This document shows, in pieces, positions 40,719 through 49,359 of a DNA stretch of 50,956 nt. The DNA is taken from the NCBI GenBank assembly GCA_018813815.1, contig JAHJAY010000027.1:1-50956 (forward strand). Reading direction: 5' to 3'. This DNA is from Patescibacteria group bacterium (GTDB taxonomy: Bacteria; Patescibacteriota; Microgenomatia; UBA1400; JAHJAY01). The number at the start of each line of letters is the position of its first letter. Positions within the stretch are counted from its first letter, which is position 1. The notes under the pieces are model-generated. The model made no database searches. It was not told the DNA's origin and worked only from the letters and a program-made list of their open reading frames with translations. Both the position numbers and the translations under genes were made by a program.

Positions 40719-41267
40719 ATGGCTTTTAAAATTAATTTATTAGCGGCCCGAAGTCTGGAAATTAGAAAACAACGGCGTCGCCAGGCGGCAATCACTGTTA
40801 TTAGTTTAGCAGCTTTGGGAGTTTTTGTGATTTTTTTGATTGGGTTAACCTCTTATGCTGCTTTTTTGCAGGTGCGCTACCGTTCTTTAGAGCGTCAGCT
40901 GAGTGAGACGGAAATAAAAATCAAGGCCTTTTCCGATTTAGAAATGCAGTATGTTTATTTAAAGGATAAGGCTGGCGTTTTGGTTGAAATTTTAGAACAA
41001 ACCAAAAAACAACAAGCGATTGCCAGTTATATTCTGGATATTTTTCCAAGAGAAATACCGCTGGGCGGTTTTTCGGTGGAAGATGATTGGCTGGTGTCCA
41101 TTGAGGGTAAAACCGACAGTTTTAGCCTTTTACAGGAAAGCCTGTCTCGTTTAAGCGCTTTTCCCCCTGATAATAAACTGGTTAAACTGCGGGGTATTGT
41201 TTTAAATGCTTTAAGTAGAGACAGTAAGGGTTTTTATAATTTTAGTTTAGATTTACAGTTTGAGTAG
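40719..41267 (+). CDS. pilN: PilN-like protein
   Basis: INLL motif, TM, coiled coil; follows pilM. Confidence 0.78.
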   Translation: MAFKINLLAARSLEIRKQRRRQAAITVISLAALGVFVIFLIGLTSYAAFLQVRYRSLERQLSETEIKIKAFSDLEMQYVYLKDKAGVLVEILEQTKKQQAIASYILDIFPREIPLGGFSVEDDWLVSIEGKTDSFSLLQESLSRLSAFPPDNKLVKLRGIVLNALSRDSKGFYNFSLDLQFE

Positions 41268-41270
41268 ATT

Positions 41271-42029
41271 ATGAAACAAGAAAAAATCATAAAGTCTTTT
41301 TCTTTGCCGCGAGCTTATATGCTGCCTTTATTGGTTGGAGCGCTGATTATTTCCTTGACCCTGTTGGTTTTACGCCCCCAAATTAGCAATATTATTAAAT
41401 TAAGAAAAGAAGTTGTGGTCCGCCAGGAACGCTTAACTAAACTTATTGAAAAGCTATCTTTATTGCAGGGCACTTCCCGGCCGGAAGTAAAACGGCGGGT
41501 AGAAAAGATTGAAAGCGTTTTTCCTTCAGAAAAACCGGCTGTACAAATTATCAATACGGTGTCTCAGTTAGCAGAAGAAAAAGGGTTGGGTTTTTCCGGC
41601 CTTAATTTGGCTCCGGGTGAGCTTTCCCCTAATAAAAATAAAACCGCTGAAGGGAAAAAGTCGTCAAAATCAAGATTGGGCGCTTCATTTTTGGAAGCTG
41701 ATTTTACGGTGGAAGGTTTGCAAGAGGATGTTTTTGAATTTCTTAATTCTTTAGAACGTGCCGCACCGATTATGAAAATTGACGCTTTGAGCTTGACTTT
41801 GAAAAGCAGTCAATTGGCTTCAGCAGATCCGGATTGGCTTGAAGCGACAATTAACGTTTCAATTTTTTACAAATTGCCTCCCGAGGAATTGGGCAAGATA
41901 GATACTCCCCTGCCCCTGCTTTCTCCTGAAGAAATTGAAGCGATTGCCGAATTAGATGGCTTTAGGCTTTTTACAGCTTTTAATGAAGCACAAGAACCTG
42001 GGGGTCGCGAAAACCCATTTGAGTTGTAA
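41271..42029 (+). CDS. pilO: PilO-like protein
   Basis: TM, coiled coil, FLNSLE; C-terminal GRENPF; follows pilN. Confidence 0.75.
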   Translation: MKQEKIIKSFSLPRAYMLPLLVGALIISLTLLVLRPQISNIIKLRKEVVVRQERLTKLIEKLSLLQGTSRPEVKRRVEKIESVFPSEKPAVQIINTVSQLAEEKGLGFSGLNLAPGELSPNKNKTAEGKKSSKSRLGASFLEADFTVEGLQEDVFEFLNSLERAAPIMKIDALSLTLKSSQLASADPDWLEATINVSIFYKLPPEELGKIDTPLPLLSPEEIEAIAELDGFRLFTAFNEAQEPGGRENPFEL

Positions 42030-42053
42030 AGTTTTTTACCCCCGAAGAATAAA

Positions 42054-44009
42054 CTATAAAAGAAGCCCAAAATCTATTCCATTAACTTTTCCGTCACCAT
42101 TTTGGTCAAACTCCTCCGTTAACCAAGAAGAGAAGAGTTTTTGAAAAGTTGGTGACGGGATGGGCGTCGGGGTTGACGTTGCAGAAATATTTTTTTCAAG
42201 ATAAACGACAGCCATCCTTCTACGACTGTAATAAGGATTATTCATATCATTATAGCAGCCGTTATTAGAGGTTTGGCAAGCCCCATGAGAGACTAAATTA
42301 TCATCAGACAAATTCAAACCAAATTCGATCGGCTGATTGCCTACTTCAACAGCTCTTTGTCCTACAACGTCTCCAGTTAACCAATCAAAAACCTTGGCAG
42401 TATAAGTTCCCGGTTCAAGATCAGGAATGGTCAGGACAACATTGTTTTGAGAACCTCTTACCATTATCATTAACTGGTCACCGTCACCTTGTGCGGCAAC
42501 AAAGTCAGCATTTTCTTGAGCAATGCGCTTTTCGACCCAGGGGGACATAGAAATCGCGTGAGGGTTGCTCCAGATACCCCAGTCCTCCCAATCTTCCCAC
42601 GCTTTCATGTTTTCAACTTCCCAGCGGTCCCAATTAATCTGCTCAGTAAATCTTGATGGAGCATAATAAATGCTAGAGAATCCATTTGTGTGATAGGGTA
42701 CATACGAGGTAAATCTTGTAGCCCCACCCGTTCCCCCCGAGGCAATCAAATTAAGCCAAACGTGAGCTTTTGAGTTAATCCATGGATCGTCAGGCTCGAC
42801 AACTCCCTCAAACTCGTCCTCATAATATTGGTGAGCGTAATCGGGAATAAACGGTCCATTGACTTCAGGTGGCAAACCAATACAATATCCATCATCAGGA
42901 CAAGCGGCTCTGAAAGGACCACTACCCCCACCAAAAATGATAAGTTTATCTGGATAACGCTGTTGCGCTACACGATGAGCTATAAGACGATCCCAGATAT
43001 TGTAATACTTGTAGTTATGAAAGCTCGGGATATCAACTTCTTGCAAATCAAAAATTGGGTTTATTCCTTCTATCTCATCTATAGCAGGTGGCGTTGATGA
43101 ATCCCATGGCCTCCACTCAAAATCAATACCGCCAAGCATTGTTGGTCTATCGTGCCTATCGAGCTGTTTAATATAGGCCGTACATTCTTTTGTCCAGTTC
43201 TCCAAAATCTCATGACTAGCCCAATTGTGAGACCAGTTAATTTCAATCATTAACTCCCAAACAGCGATTGCTGGTGATTCACCCCAGTTTTCTATTATAA
43301 ACCTTATCCTCTCTTTCATTATTTCCAATGACTCAGGGTCCGTTAAAGACTGCTCCTTTGTTTCAACCGGACCAGGAACACAATACCCCGAGGGCGTTCT
43401 CTCGCACCACCATTGTTGTTCACGAGCACTATTATGTATGTTTATATTCCAGTTATGGGAATAGTCTGCGTTATTGGCTAAACTTACCTTTACTTTAACA
43501 CCATATTTTTCGCAGGCTTCCAATAGCTGGGTTATATTGCTTCCGTCTGAGATGTCATCGGGATCACCATAGAGCAACTGATGACGTTCTTCTTTTTCAT
43601 CTTCAGTGGAATTCAGGGGAAGAGCTCTCACATACAAAACGTGCCCTGCACCATCATCCATTGCCACGTTGAATTCACCCTTGTTAGGCTCAAATGGAAT
43701 GCCGCTATAATACGAGGTAAACCAGATATTAATAAAATTTATGCCATTGGCTGCCAGTTCATCGCGTACCCATTCTTCATAGGATTGGTTTCCAATTAGC
43801 CCTCTTGGATCGTCCTCCGACCAATATTTCCAAGCTGCAAAAGGCTTCCAGCCTAAAGGAGTAAACATTTTCCCGGTATCACTGTCGATTAAATATTTAC
43901 CGTTAGATGATGTCTGGATGTAGCCGGCCAAACAAGTCTGCAAAGAGAGTGTTAGGCATAAGAGAATAAATACGAAGCCCCCAAATAATTTAGTGATTTT
44001 AAGTCGCAT
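42054..44009 (-). CDS. Secreted clan GH-A-like TIM-barrel protein with PT linker and dockerin-like tail
   Basis: Signal peptide; ANGINFI, ACEKYGVKV, WGESPAIAVWELMIE, LDRHDRP, FHNY; TPTPIPSPT; DQNGDGKVNGIDF. Confidence 0.7.
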   Translation of the reverse strand: MRLKITKLFGGFVFILLCLTLSLQTCLAGYIQTSSNGKYLIDSDTGKMFTPLGWKPFAAWKYWSEDDPRGLIGNQSYEEWVRDELAANGINFINIWFTSYYSGIPFEPNKGEFNVAMDDGAGHVLYVRALPLNSTEDEKEERHQLLYGDPDDISDGSNITQLLEACEKYGVKVKVSLANNADYSHNWNINIHNSAREQQWWCERTPSGYCVPGPVETKEQSLTDPESLEIMKERIRFIIENWGESPAIAVWELMIEINWSHNWASHEILENWTKECTAYIKQLDRHDRPTMLGGIDFEWRPWDSSTPPAIDEIEGINPIFDLQEVDIPSFHNYKYYNIWDRLIAHRVAQQRYPDKLIIFGGGSGPFRAACPDDGYCIGLPPEVNGPFIPDYAHQYYEDEFEGVVEPDDPWINSKAHVWLNLIASGGTGGATRFTSYVPYHTNGFSSIYYAPSRFTEQINWDRWEVENMKAWEDWEDWGIWSNPHAISMSPWVEKRIAQENADFVAAQGDGDQLMIMVRGSQNNVVLTIPDLEPGTYTAKVFDWLTGDVVGQRAVEVGNQPIEFGLNLSDDNLVSHGACQTSNNGCYNDMNNPYYSRRRMAVVYLEKNISATSTPTPIPSPTFQKLFSSWLTEEFDQNGDGKVNGIDFGLLL

Positions 44010-44097
44010 TGACTATAAGATTATTCAGGATCTGAACTAATGTCAAGGTTTGTAGGCAAAACAGGTGACGATAATTATCAGGTTTAAAATTTAAACT

Positions 44098-44559
44098 TTA
44101 TTCAGCTGGCGTGGCTTTGGGTTTTTCTGTGTTGACAGCTGGTTCAGCCGGAACCGGCGCTTCGTCAACCGGCTTGGCTGGTTCGGGTGGGGCTGGTGTT
44201 TCCTCAGAGCCAACAATTTTATCAACCGCGCTTACAGTTAGGGGTTGAGGTTCAACTGGAGAAATTGTTGCCGGCTGATCTTCCATGGCCGGATGCTCTG
44301 GGGTTGGAACCTGGTTTTGTAATGGTGGATTAACTACTTCAACTCGAACCCTCTGTTGCAGTTTAACGGCTTTAACTCGGATTAAATTCCTAATACTATT
44401 AATAATTTTTCCTTTTTTGCCAATGACTTTGCCGACATCTTCAGGATGAACTTCAACTTTAAAGACGATTGTGCCGGTTTCGTCTGTGATTTCCTCGATT
44501 TTAATTGCCTCAGGGTGATCAATAATATTATTTAACAAATAGTTTAAAAGGTCTTTCAT
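44098..44559 (-). CDS. khpA: KH-domain RNA-binding protein with Pro-rich tail
   Basis: VHPEDVGKVIGKKG; directly after rpsP. Confidence 0.9.
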   Translation of the reverse strand: MKDLLNYLLNNIIDHPEAIKIEEITDETGTIVFKVEVHPEDVGKVIGKKGKIINSIRNLIRVKAVKLQQRVRVEVVNPPLQNQVPTPEHPAMEDQPATISPVEPQPLTVSAVDKIVGSEETPAPPEPAKPVDEAPVPAEPAVNTEKPKATPAE

Positions 44560-44795
44560 ATAGAAGCCTCCTTTAAAATTAGTTTTCTGACTGTTTCTGT
44601 GGGTTGGGCGCCGCAGGAAAGCCAGTGTTTTAACCTTTTTTGGTTGATTTTAATTGTTGCCGGTTCAGTTAAAGGGTTATAAAAGCCGAGTGATTCCAAA
44701 TATTTGCCGTCGCGTTTTGAACGCGCTTCTACCACCACAAAGCGATAGCTGGGTTGATTTCGTTTTCCGGTACGGGTTAACTTAATTTTTAACAT
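44556..44795 (-). CDS. rpsP: 30S ribosomal protein S16
   Basis: LKIKLTRTG, RDGKYLESLGFYNP, GAQPTETV. Confidence 0.98.
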   Translation of the reverse strand: MLKIKLTRTGKRNQPSYRFVVVEARSKRDGKYLESLGFYNPLTEPATIKINQKRLKHWLSCGAQPTETVRKLILKEASI

Positions 44796-44807
44796 AACCT
44801 TAGTATT

Positions 44808-45503
44808 TTAAAATATTTTTTTCATTTTCTCAAGTGCCTTTTGAGCTGCCTGTTGTTCGGCCTGTTGTTTGCTTTTGCCTTTACCTTGGGCAAAAGCTTG
44901 ACCGTCAATTAACACTGCCACTTCAAAAAGCCGGTTGTGATCCGGCCCCCAACTTTTAAGTACCTGATAATTGGGGGTAAGTTTTTTCATTGCTTGAGCT
45001 TTTTCCTGTAACAGGCTTTTATAATCGATAATTTCGCGGCTGTTAACCAACTCATCAACTTGATTGATTAATTGCTGGTTCACAAAATCCCGGCAAGCAT
45101 TAAGACCCTGATCTTGATAAAGCGCTCCCAAAAAAGCCTCAAAAGTGTTAGCTAAAATTGTTGGGTTTTGCTCGCCATGATTTTGGCATTCCCCTTTTGA
45201 CACTTTTAGATATTGGTCAAAATTAAGTTGTTTGGCGATTTTAGCCAGGCTGGCGGTTTGAACGATTTTAGAACGCAGCCAAGTTAAGCGCCCCTCTTGT
45301 TTATCTGGGTGATGATTAAAAAGAAACTCGGAAACAATTAATTCTAAAACTGCGTCGCCCAAAAACTCTAAGCGTTCATTTGATTTTAATTTCCGGCGGC
45401 GATTTTCATTTAAAAAAGACCGATGAATAAAAGCCTGCTGGTACCAATCAGGGTTATTGGGAGTGATGTTCAGCTGGGTGAGTAATGAAGCTATTTTTGC
45501 CAT
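44808..45503 (-). CDS. rnc: Ribonuclease III
   Basis: NERLEFLGDAVL, FEAFLGA, DYKSLLQE dsRBD. Confidence 0.97.
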   Translation of the reverse strand: MAKIASLLTQLNITPNNPDWYQQAFIHRSFLNENRRRKLKSNERLEFLGDAVLELIVSEFLFNHHPDKQEGRLTWLRSKIVQTASLAKIAKQLNFDQYLKVSKGECQNHGEQNPTILANTFEAFLGALYQDQGLNACRDFVNQQLINQVDELVNSREIIDYKSLLQEKAQAMKKLTPNYQVLKSWGPDHNRLFEVAVLIDGQAFAQGKGKSKQQAEQQAAQKALEKMKKIF

Positions 45504-45504
45504 A

Positions 45505-45870
45505 TTAGATTTTTACTTTTTCCTTTTTAATTACTGCGCCTAAAACTCCATTAATAAAAGCAGGTGTTTTTTCACTGCCAAAAGTTTTGGCTAGTTCAAT
45601 TGCTTCATCAATAATAACCTTAGGCGGCTGTTTTTTTTCAAAAATCAATTCAAAAACGGCCAAGCGTAAAACAGCTAAATCGAGTTTGTTGATTTTTTTA
45701 ATGGGCCAAGTAGGAGCACAAATGTTAATTAACTGATCAATCTTTTTTAATTGAGCAATTATGGCTTTGGTTTTAGCATTAAGTTTACTTTGTCGAGCGA
45801 AGCTGTGAGCAAATAGAGCCTTAACTATTTGTTTTCTTTGTTTGTGTCTTGGATCTTTCTGGGTTTTCAC
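45505..45870 (-). CDS. nusB: Transcription antitermination factor NusB
   Basis: DLAVLRLAVFEL, IIDEAIELAKTFG, FINGVLG. Confidence 0.95.
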   Translation of the reverse strand: MKTQKDPRHKQRKQIVKALFAHSFARQSKLNAKTKAIIAQLKKIDQLINICAPTWPIKKINKLDLAVLRLAVFELIFEKKQPPKVIIDEAIELAKTFGSEKTPAFINGVLGAVIKKEKVKI

Positions 45871-45872
45871 TG

Positions 45873-46025
45873 TTACTTTTTACGGCAAGATGGGCAGATT
45901 CGATGAGACTCTTTTTTTTGCCCACAATTTGAACAAACAAGCAAATTTTTCAAACTGATTTTTTTGTTTGCTCGTCTTTTACCCTGTCGCCGGGTGGAAA
46001 GTTTTCTTTTTGGTACAGCACCCAT
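45873..46025 (-). CDS. rpmF: 50S ribosomal protein L32 (not in ORF track)
   Basis: Translated by hand: MGAVPKRKLSTRRQGKRRANKKISLKNLLVCSNCGQKKESHRICPSCRKK*; TAATG overlap with recG stop. Confidence 0.95.
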   Translation of the reverse strand: MGAVPKRKLSTRRQGKRRANKKISLKNLLVCSNCGQKKESHRICPSCRKK

Positions 46026-48058
46026 TATGTTAATATTTTAGATTGTTTTAACCACAATTTCAAGCCTTGATATTTATTTAAATGATTAATAACCAGCTTA
46101 GCTGCTTCTCGGGTTTGATTAATTAATGCCTGATTGTTTAAGCTGGCAAGCTTAAGCTTAAAAAAACCATGTTGTTTTACACCATAAACTTCGCCCGGAC
46201 CGCGCAGTTGAAGATCAATTTCAGCCAGCCGGGCGCCATTATGGAATTTTTCCAAGTAACTCAGGCGTTTAATTATTTGGGGATTAGCCGAGTCAGTAAA
46301 TAAAAGACAATAGGATTGTTTGGCGCCTCGGCCAACCCGACCTCTTAATTGATGCAATTGGGCCAAACCAAAACGCTCAGCGGTTTCAATCATCATAATG
46401 GTGGCATTAGGAATATCAATGCCGACTTCAACCACCGGCGTGCTGACTAAAATATGGGTTTTACCGGCCCTAAAGCGGTCAATTGCCTGTTTTTTGCTTT
46501 TAACTTTAAGCCGGCCATGTAATAAATCGACTTTAAGAGGTTGGAAAATGGTTTTGAGCCGCTCAAATTCAACTGTGGCTGCTTTGACATCTTTAAGAGT
46601 TTCTGATTCGGACTGTTCAATCAGCGGACAAACAATAAAAGTCTGTGAGTGTTCTTTTTTGATCTGAGTTTTTATCCATTGGTAAGCAGCCAATTTTTTA
46701 TGCGGTGAAACAACCCAGGTTTTAACCGCTTGCCGATTATCGGGCATTTCATCAATGGTGGAAAGCTCGAGATCGCCATAAAGAGTTAGGGCTACGGTTC
46801 GGGGAATCGGTGTGGCAGTCATAGTCAAAAAATGAGGCACCAGCGTTTTTTTACCGGCCTTTTTTAATAGCTGGGCGCGTTGTTCAACACCAAAGCGATG
46901 TTGTTCGTCAACTATGACCAAGGCGATATTGGTTGCCTCTAGCGACCGATGTAATAAAGCATGGGTGCCGATTATTAGGTCACAGGGCGTAGGATGTAGG
47001 GGTTGGCGTTTAGTTTTTGTGGAGCCGGTAATAAGTTCAATTTTCATTCCTAAAGGTTGAAGCAGGTTTTGGAAAGTTTGGTAATGTTGTTGCGCCAGGA
47101 TTTCGGTTGGCGCCATTAAAACCGCCTGTTGGTTATTTAACCAAGCAAGATAAATTGCCATGGCGGCGACCACAGTTTTACCTGAACCAACATCACCCTG
47201 GAGAAGCCGGTTCATGGGTTGGTCTTTGGTTAAGTCGGTTAAGATTTGCTTAATAACCCGTTTTTGGGCTGAGGTGAGTTTAAAAGGCAAGCCGGCAATA
47301 AACTCAAGCGTCTTGGGTTGGTCAAGTTTTAAAACCTGAGTTGGCTGATGGGTTTGCCAAAGTTTTTTTCGGGTTAGACTTATTAGTTGAATTAAAAACA
47401 TTTCTTCAAAAGCGAGCCGTTTTCTGGCCTGTTCGGCGCTTTGGAGATCTTGAGGAAAGTGAATTTGTTTTAAGCTTTCTTCTAGTCCGATAAGAGCATG
47501 ATTTTTTAAAATGACTGGCGGTAAAAATTCTTTTATGGGTAATTTCAGCACTGGGGCAATGCGCGAGCGCAGCCATTTTGAAGAAACGCCTCGAGTTTCC
47601 GGATAAATCGGCACCAACCGGCCGGTATGAATTCCGGCGCTGTCTTTGAATAATTCGTATTCCGGAGAGACCAGGCTGAGCTGGCGGCCAAAAACGTCAA
47701 CTTTACCGGAAAGACAAACTTGCTTGTCCGGTTTTAGACTGCTGACTAAAAAAGGCTGATTAAACCAAACTGCTTCGATTTGGCCGGACTTGTCCTGAAT
47801 GATAATTTTTTGAATTTTTTTACGGCTGCGGGTGTAAATATTTTGACTGCTGACAATTTTTCCGGTTATGGTGATGATTTCACCGGGTTTTAATTGGCTG
47901 ATGGTTCGGGTTTGACGAAAATCTAAATAGCGGCCGGGAAAATGATAGAGCAGGTCTTTAACAGTGTGAATTTCCAGCTTGGCCAGTTTTTTAGCATAAG
48001 CCTGACCCACCATAAATAAGTCTGAAACTGGCGTATTGAGAGTTACATTTTGGGCCAT
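46025..48058 (-). CDS. recG: ATP-dependent DNA helicase RecG
   Basis: LLQGDVGSGKT, DEQHRFG, MTATPIPRT, QLHQLRGRVGRG, DLQLRGPG; start ATG 48058. Confidence 0.97.
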   Translation of the reverse strand: MAQNVTLNTPVSDLFMVGQAYAKKLAKLEIHTVKDLLYHFPGRYLDFRQTRTISQLKPGEIITITGKIVSSQNIYTRSRKKIQKIIIQDKSGQIEAVWFNQPFLVSSLKPDKQVCLSGKVDVFGRQLSLVSPEYELFKDSAGIHTGRLVPIYPETRGVSSKWLRSRIAPVLKLPIKEFLPPVILKNHALIGLEESLKQIHFPQDLQSAEQARKRLAFEEMFLIQLISLTRKKLWQTHQPTQVLKLDQPKTLEFIAGLPFKLTSAQKRVIKQILTDLTKDQPMNRLLQGDVGSGKTVVAAMAIYLAWLNNQQAVLMAPTEILAQQHYQTFQNLLQPLGMKIELITGSTKTKRQPLHPTPCDLIIGTHALLHRSLEATNIALVIVDEQHRFGVEQRAQLLKKAGKKTLVPHFLTMTATPIPRTVALTLYGDLELSTIDEMPDNRQAVKTWVVSPHKKLAAYQWIKTQIKKEHSQTFIVCPLIEQSESETLKDVKAATVEFERLKTIFQPLKVDLLHGRLKVKSKKQAIDRFRAGKTHILVSTPVVEVGIDIPNATIMMIETAERFGLAQLHQLRGRVGRGAKQSYCLLFTDSANPQIIKRLSYLEKFHNGARLAEIDLQLRGPGEVYGVKQHGFFKLKLASLNNQALINQTREAAKLVINHLNKYQGLKLWLKQSKILT

Positions 48059-48059
48059 A

Positions 48060-48164
48060 TTAAAATGCGGCAAATAAGGGAATTAAAGAAGATAATAATA
48101 AAGATAGGGAGACAACAGTAATAACAATGACCCAAATGCGCCGGCGTTTTTTAGTTAATTTCAT
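48060..48164 (-). CDS. Small single-pass membrane protein (34 aa, not in ORF track)
   Basis: MKLTKKRRRIWVIVITVVSLSLLLSSLIPLFAAF*; fills the tyrS-recG gap almost exactly. Confidence 0.6.
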   Translation of the reverse strand: MKLTKKRRRIWVIVITVVSLSLLLSSLIPLFAAF

Positions 48165-48166
48165 GA

Positions 48167-49345
48167 TTATTTTATTTTAATAAAGCGGTGTTTGCCGCAG
48201 CGGATGGTTTCTCCTGATTTTAATATATATTTAGTATCAGTAATTACTTGTTGATTAACTTCAACTGCCCCTTGATCAATTAACCGTTTAGCTTGACCGC
48301 GCGATTGAACCAGGCTGCTGTTAACTAAAACATCAATAATGTTTGCTTTAGCCGTTGGCATTTGGTAGCTTTTAGGCGTTACCGCTTGTTTTTTTTGAAA
48401 AGTTTGTTCAAAAGCTTTTTGAGCAGATTGGGCGGTTGATTGGTCATGAAGCATTTTAACTAATTCAAAAGCGAGCTGTTTTTTCCAAACCATTTGTTTT
48501 TGGCCATTTTTAAGATCTTGAGCGGCCTGGTTGATTTGTTCAATTGGTGTTTGGGTGATCAGCCGGAAACAAGGAACAATTGCTTCATCCCGCAGGCTCA
48601 TAATTTGGCCGTAAAATTGATCCGGAGAACTGACAAGACTAATGGCATTGCCTTCTGTTTTGCCAATCTTGCTGCCTTGTGAGTCAACCAACAGCTGGGT
48701 GGTAACCACAAACTTTTCTTTATTAAGATATATTTTTGTTAAGTTTCGGCCCATCATCATGTTAAAAACCTGATCAGTGCCGCCAATTTCCAAATCAACC
48801 GCCATCGCAACCGAATCATAGCCCTGAAGTAAAGGATAAAGAAATTCGCTCAAATGAATTGGCTGGCCTTTTTTCAGTCTGGCTTGAAACATATCGCGTT
48901 CAATTAATTGTTGAACCGTTAAATGATTGCCAATTTCCAGGAATTTTTCTGAACCATAAGTTTTCCACCAATGGGAATTGAACTTCATTTTAACCGGGTT
49001 TTTGCCAGAAAATTTCAGCACCATACCGGCTTGTTCTTGATAGGTTTTGGCATTGGCGTTTATTTGTTTTTCCGTCAGGGCTTGACGGGTTTTAAGTTTA
49101 CCGGTCGGATCCCCCACCCGGCCGGTAAAATCGCCAATCAAAAAAATCACTTCATGCCCCAGGTCTTGAAATTGTTTCATGGTTAATAGGCCAACCAAAT
49201 GACCAATGTGCAGGTCTGGTTTTGATGGATCAAAACCCTGGTAGAGCCGGAGCTTTTTGCCGGAACGCAGGGCTTTTTCTAAAGCTTTTTTTGAGGGGTA
49301 GATCTTGTCTATCCGCCGGCTAAGCAATTCACCAATTTTATCCAT
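48167..49345 (-). CDS. tyrS: Tyrosine--tRNA ligase
   Basis: YQGFDPS, HIGH, GDPTG, YPLLQGYD, GGTDQ, KIGKT, S4 tail. Confidence 0.98.
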   Translation of the reverse strand: MDKIGELLSRRIDKIYPSKKALEKALRSGKKLRLYQGFDPSKPDLHIGHLVGLLTMKQFQDLGHEVIFLIGDFTGRVGDPTGKLKTRQALTEKQINANAKTYQEQAGMVLKFSGKNPVKMKFNSHWWKTYGSEKFLEIGNHLTVQQLIERDMFQARLKKGQPIHLSEFLYPLLQGYDSVAMAVDLEIGGTDQVFNMMMGRNLTKIYLNKEKFVVTTQLLVDSQGSKIGKTEGNAISLVSSPDQFYGQIMSLRDEAIVPCFRLITQTPIEQINQAAQDLKNGQKQMVWKKQLAFELVKMLHDQSTAQSAQKAFEQTFQKKQAVTPKSYQMPTAKANIIDVLVNSSLVQSRGQAKRLIDQGAVEVNQQVITDTKYILKSGETIRCGKHRFIKIK

Positions 49346-49359
49346 GCTTTAATTTTACC

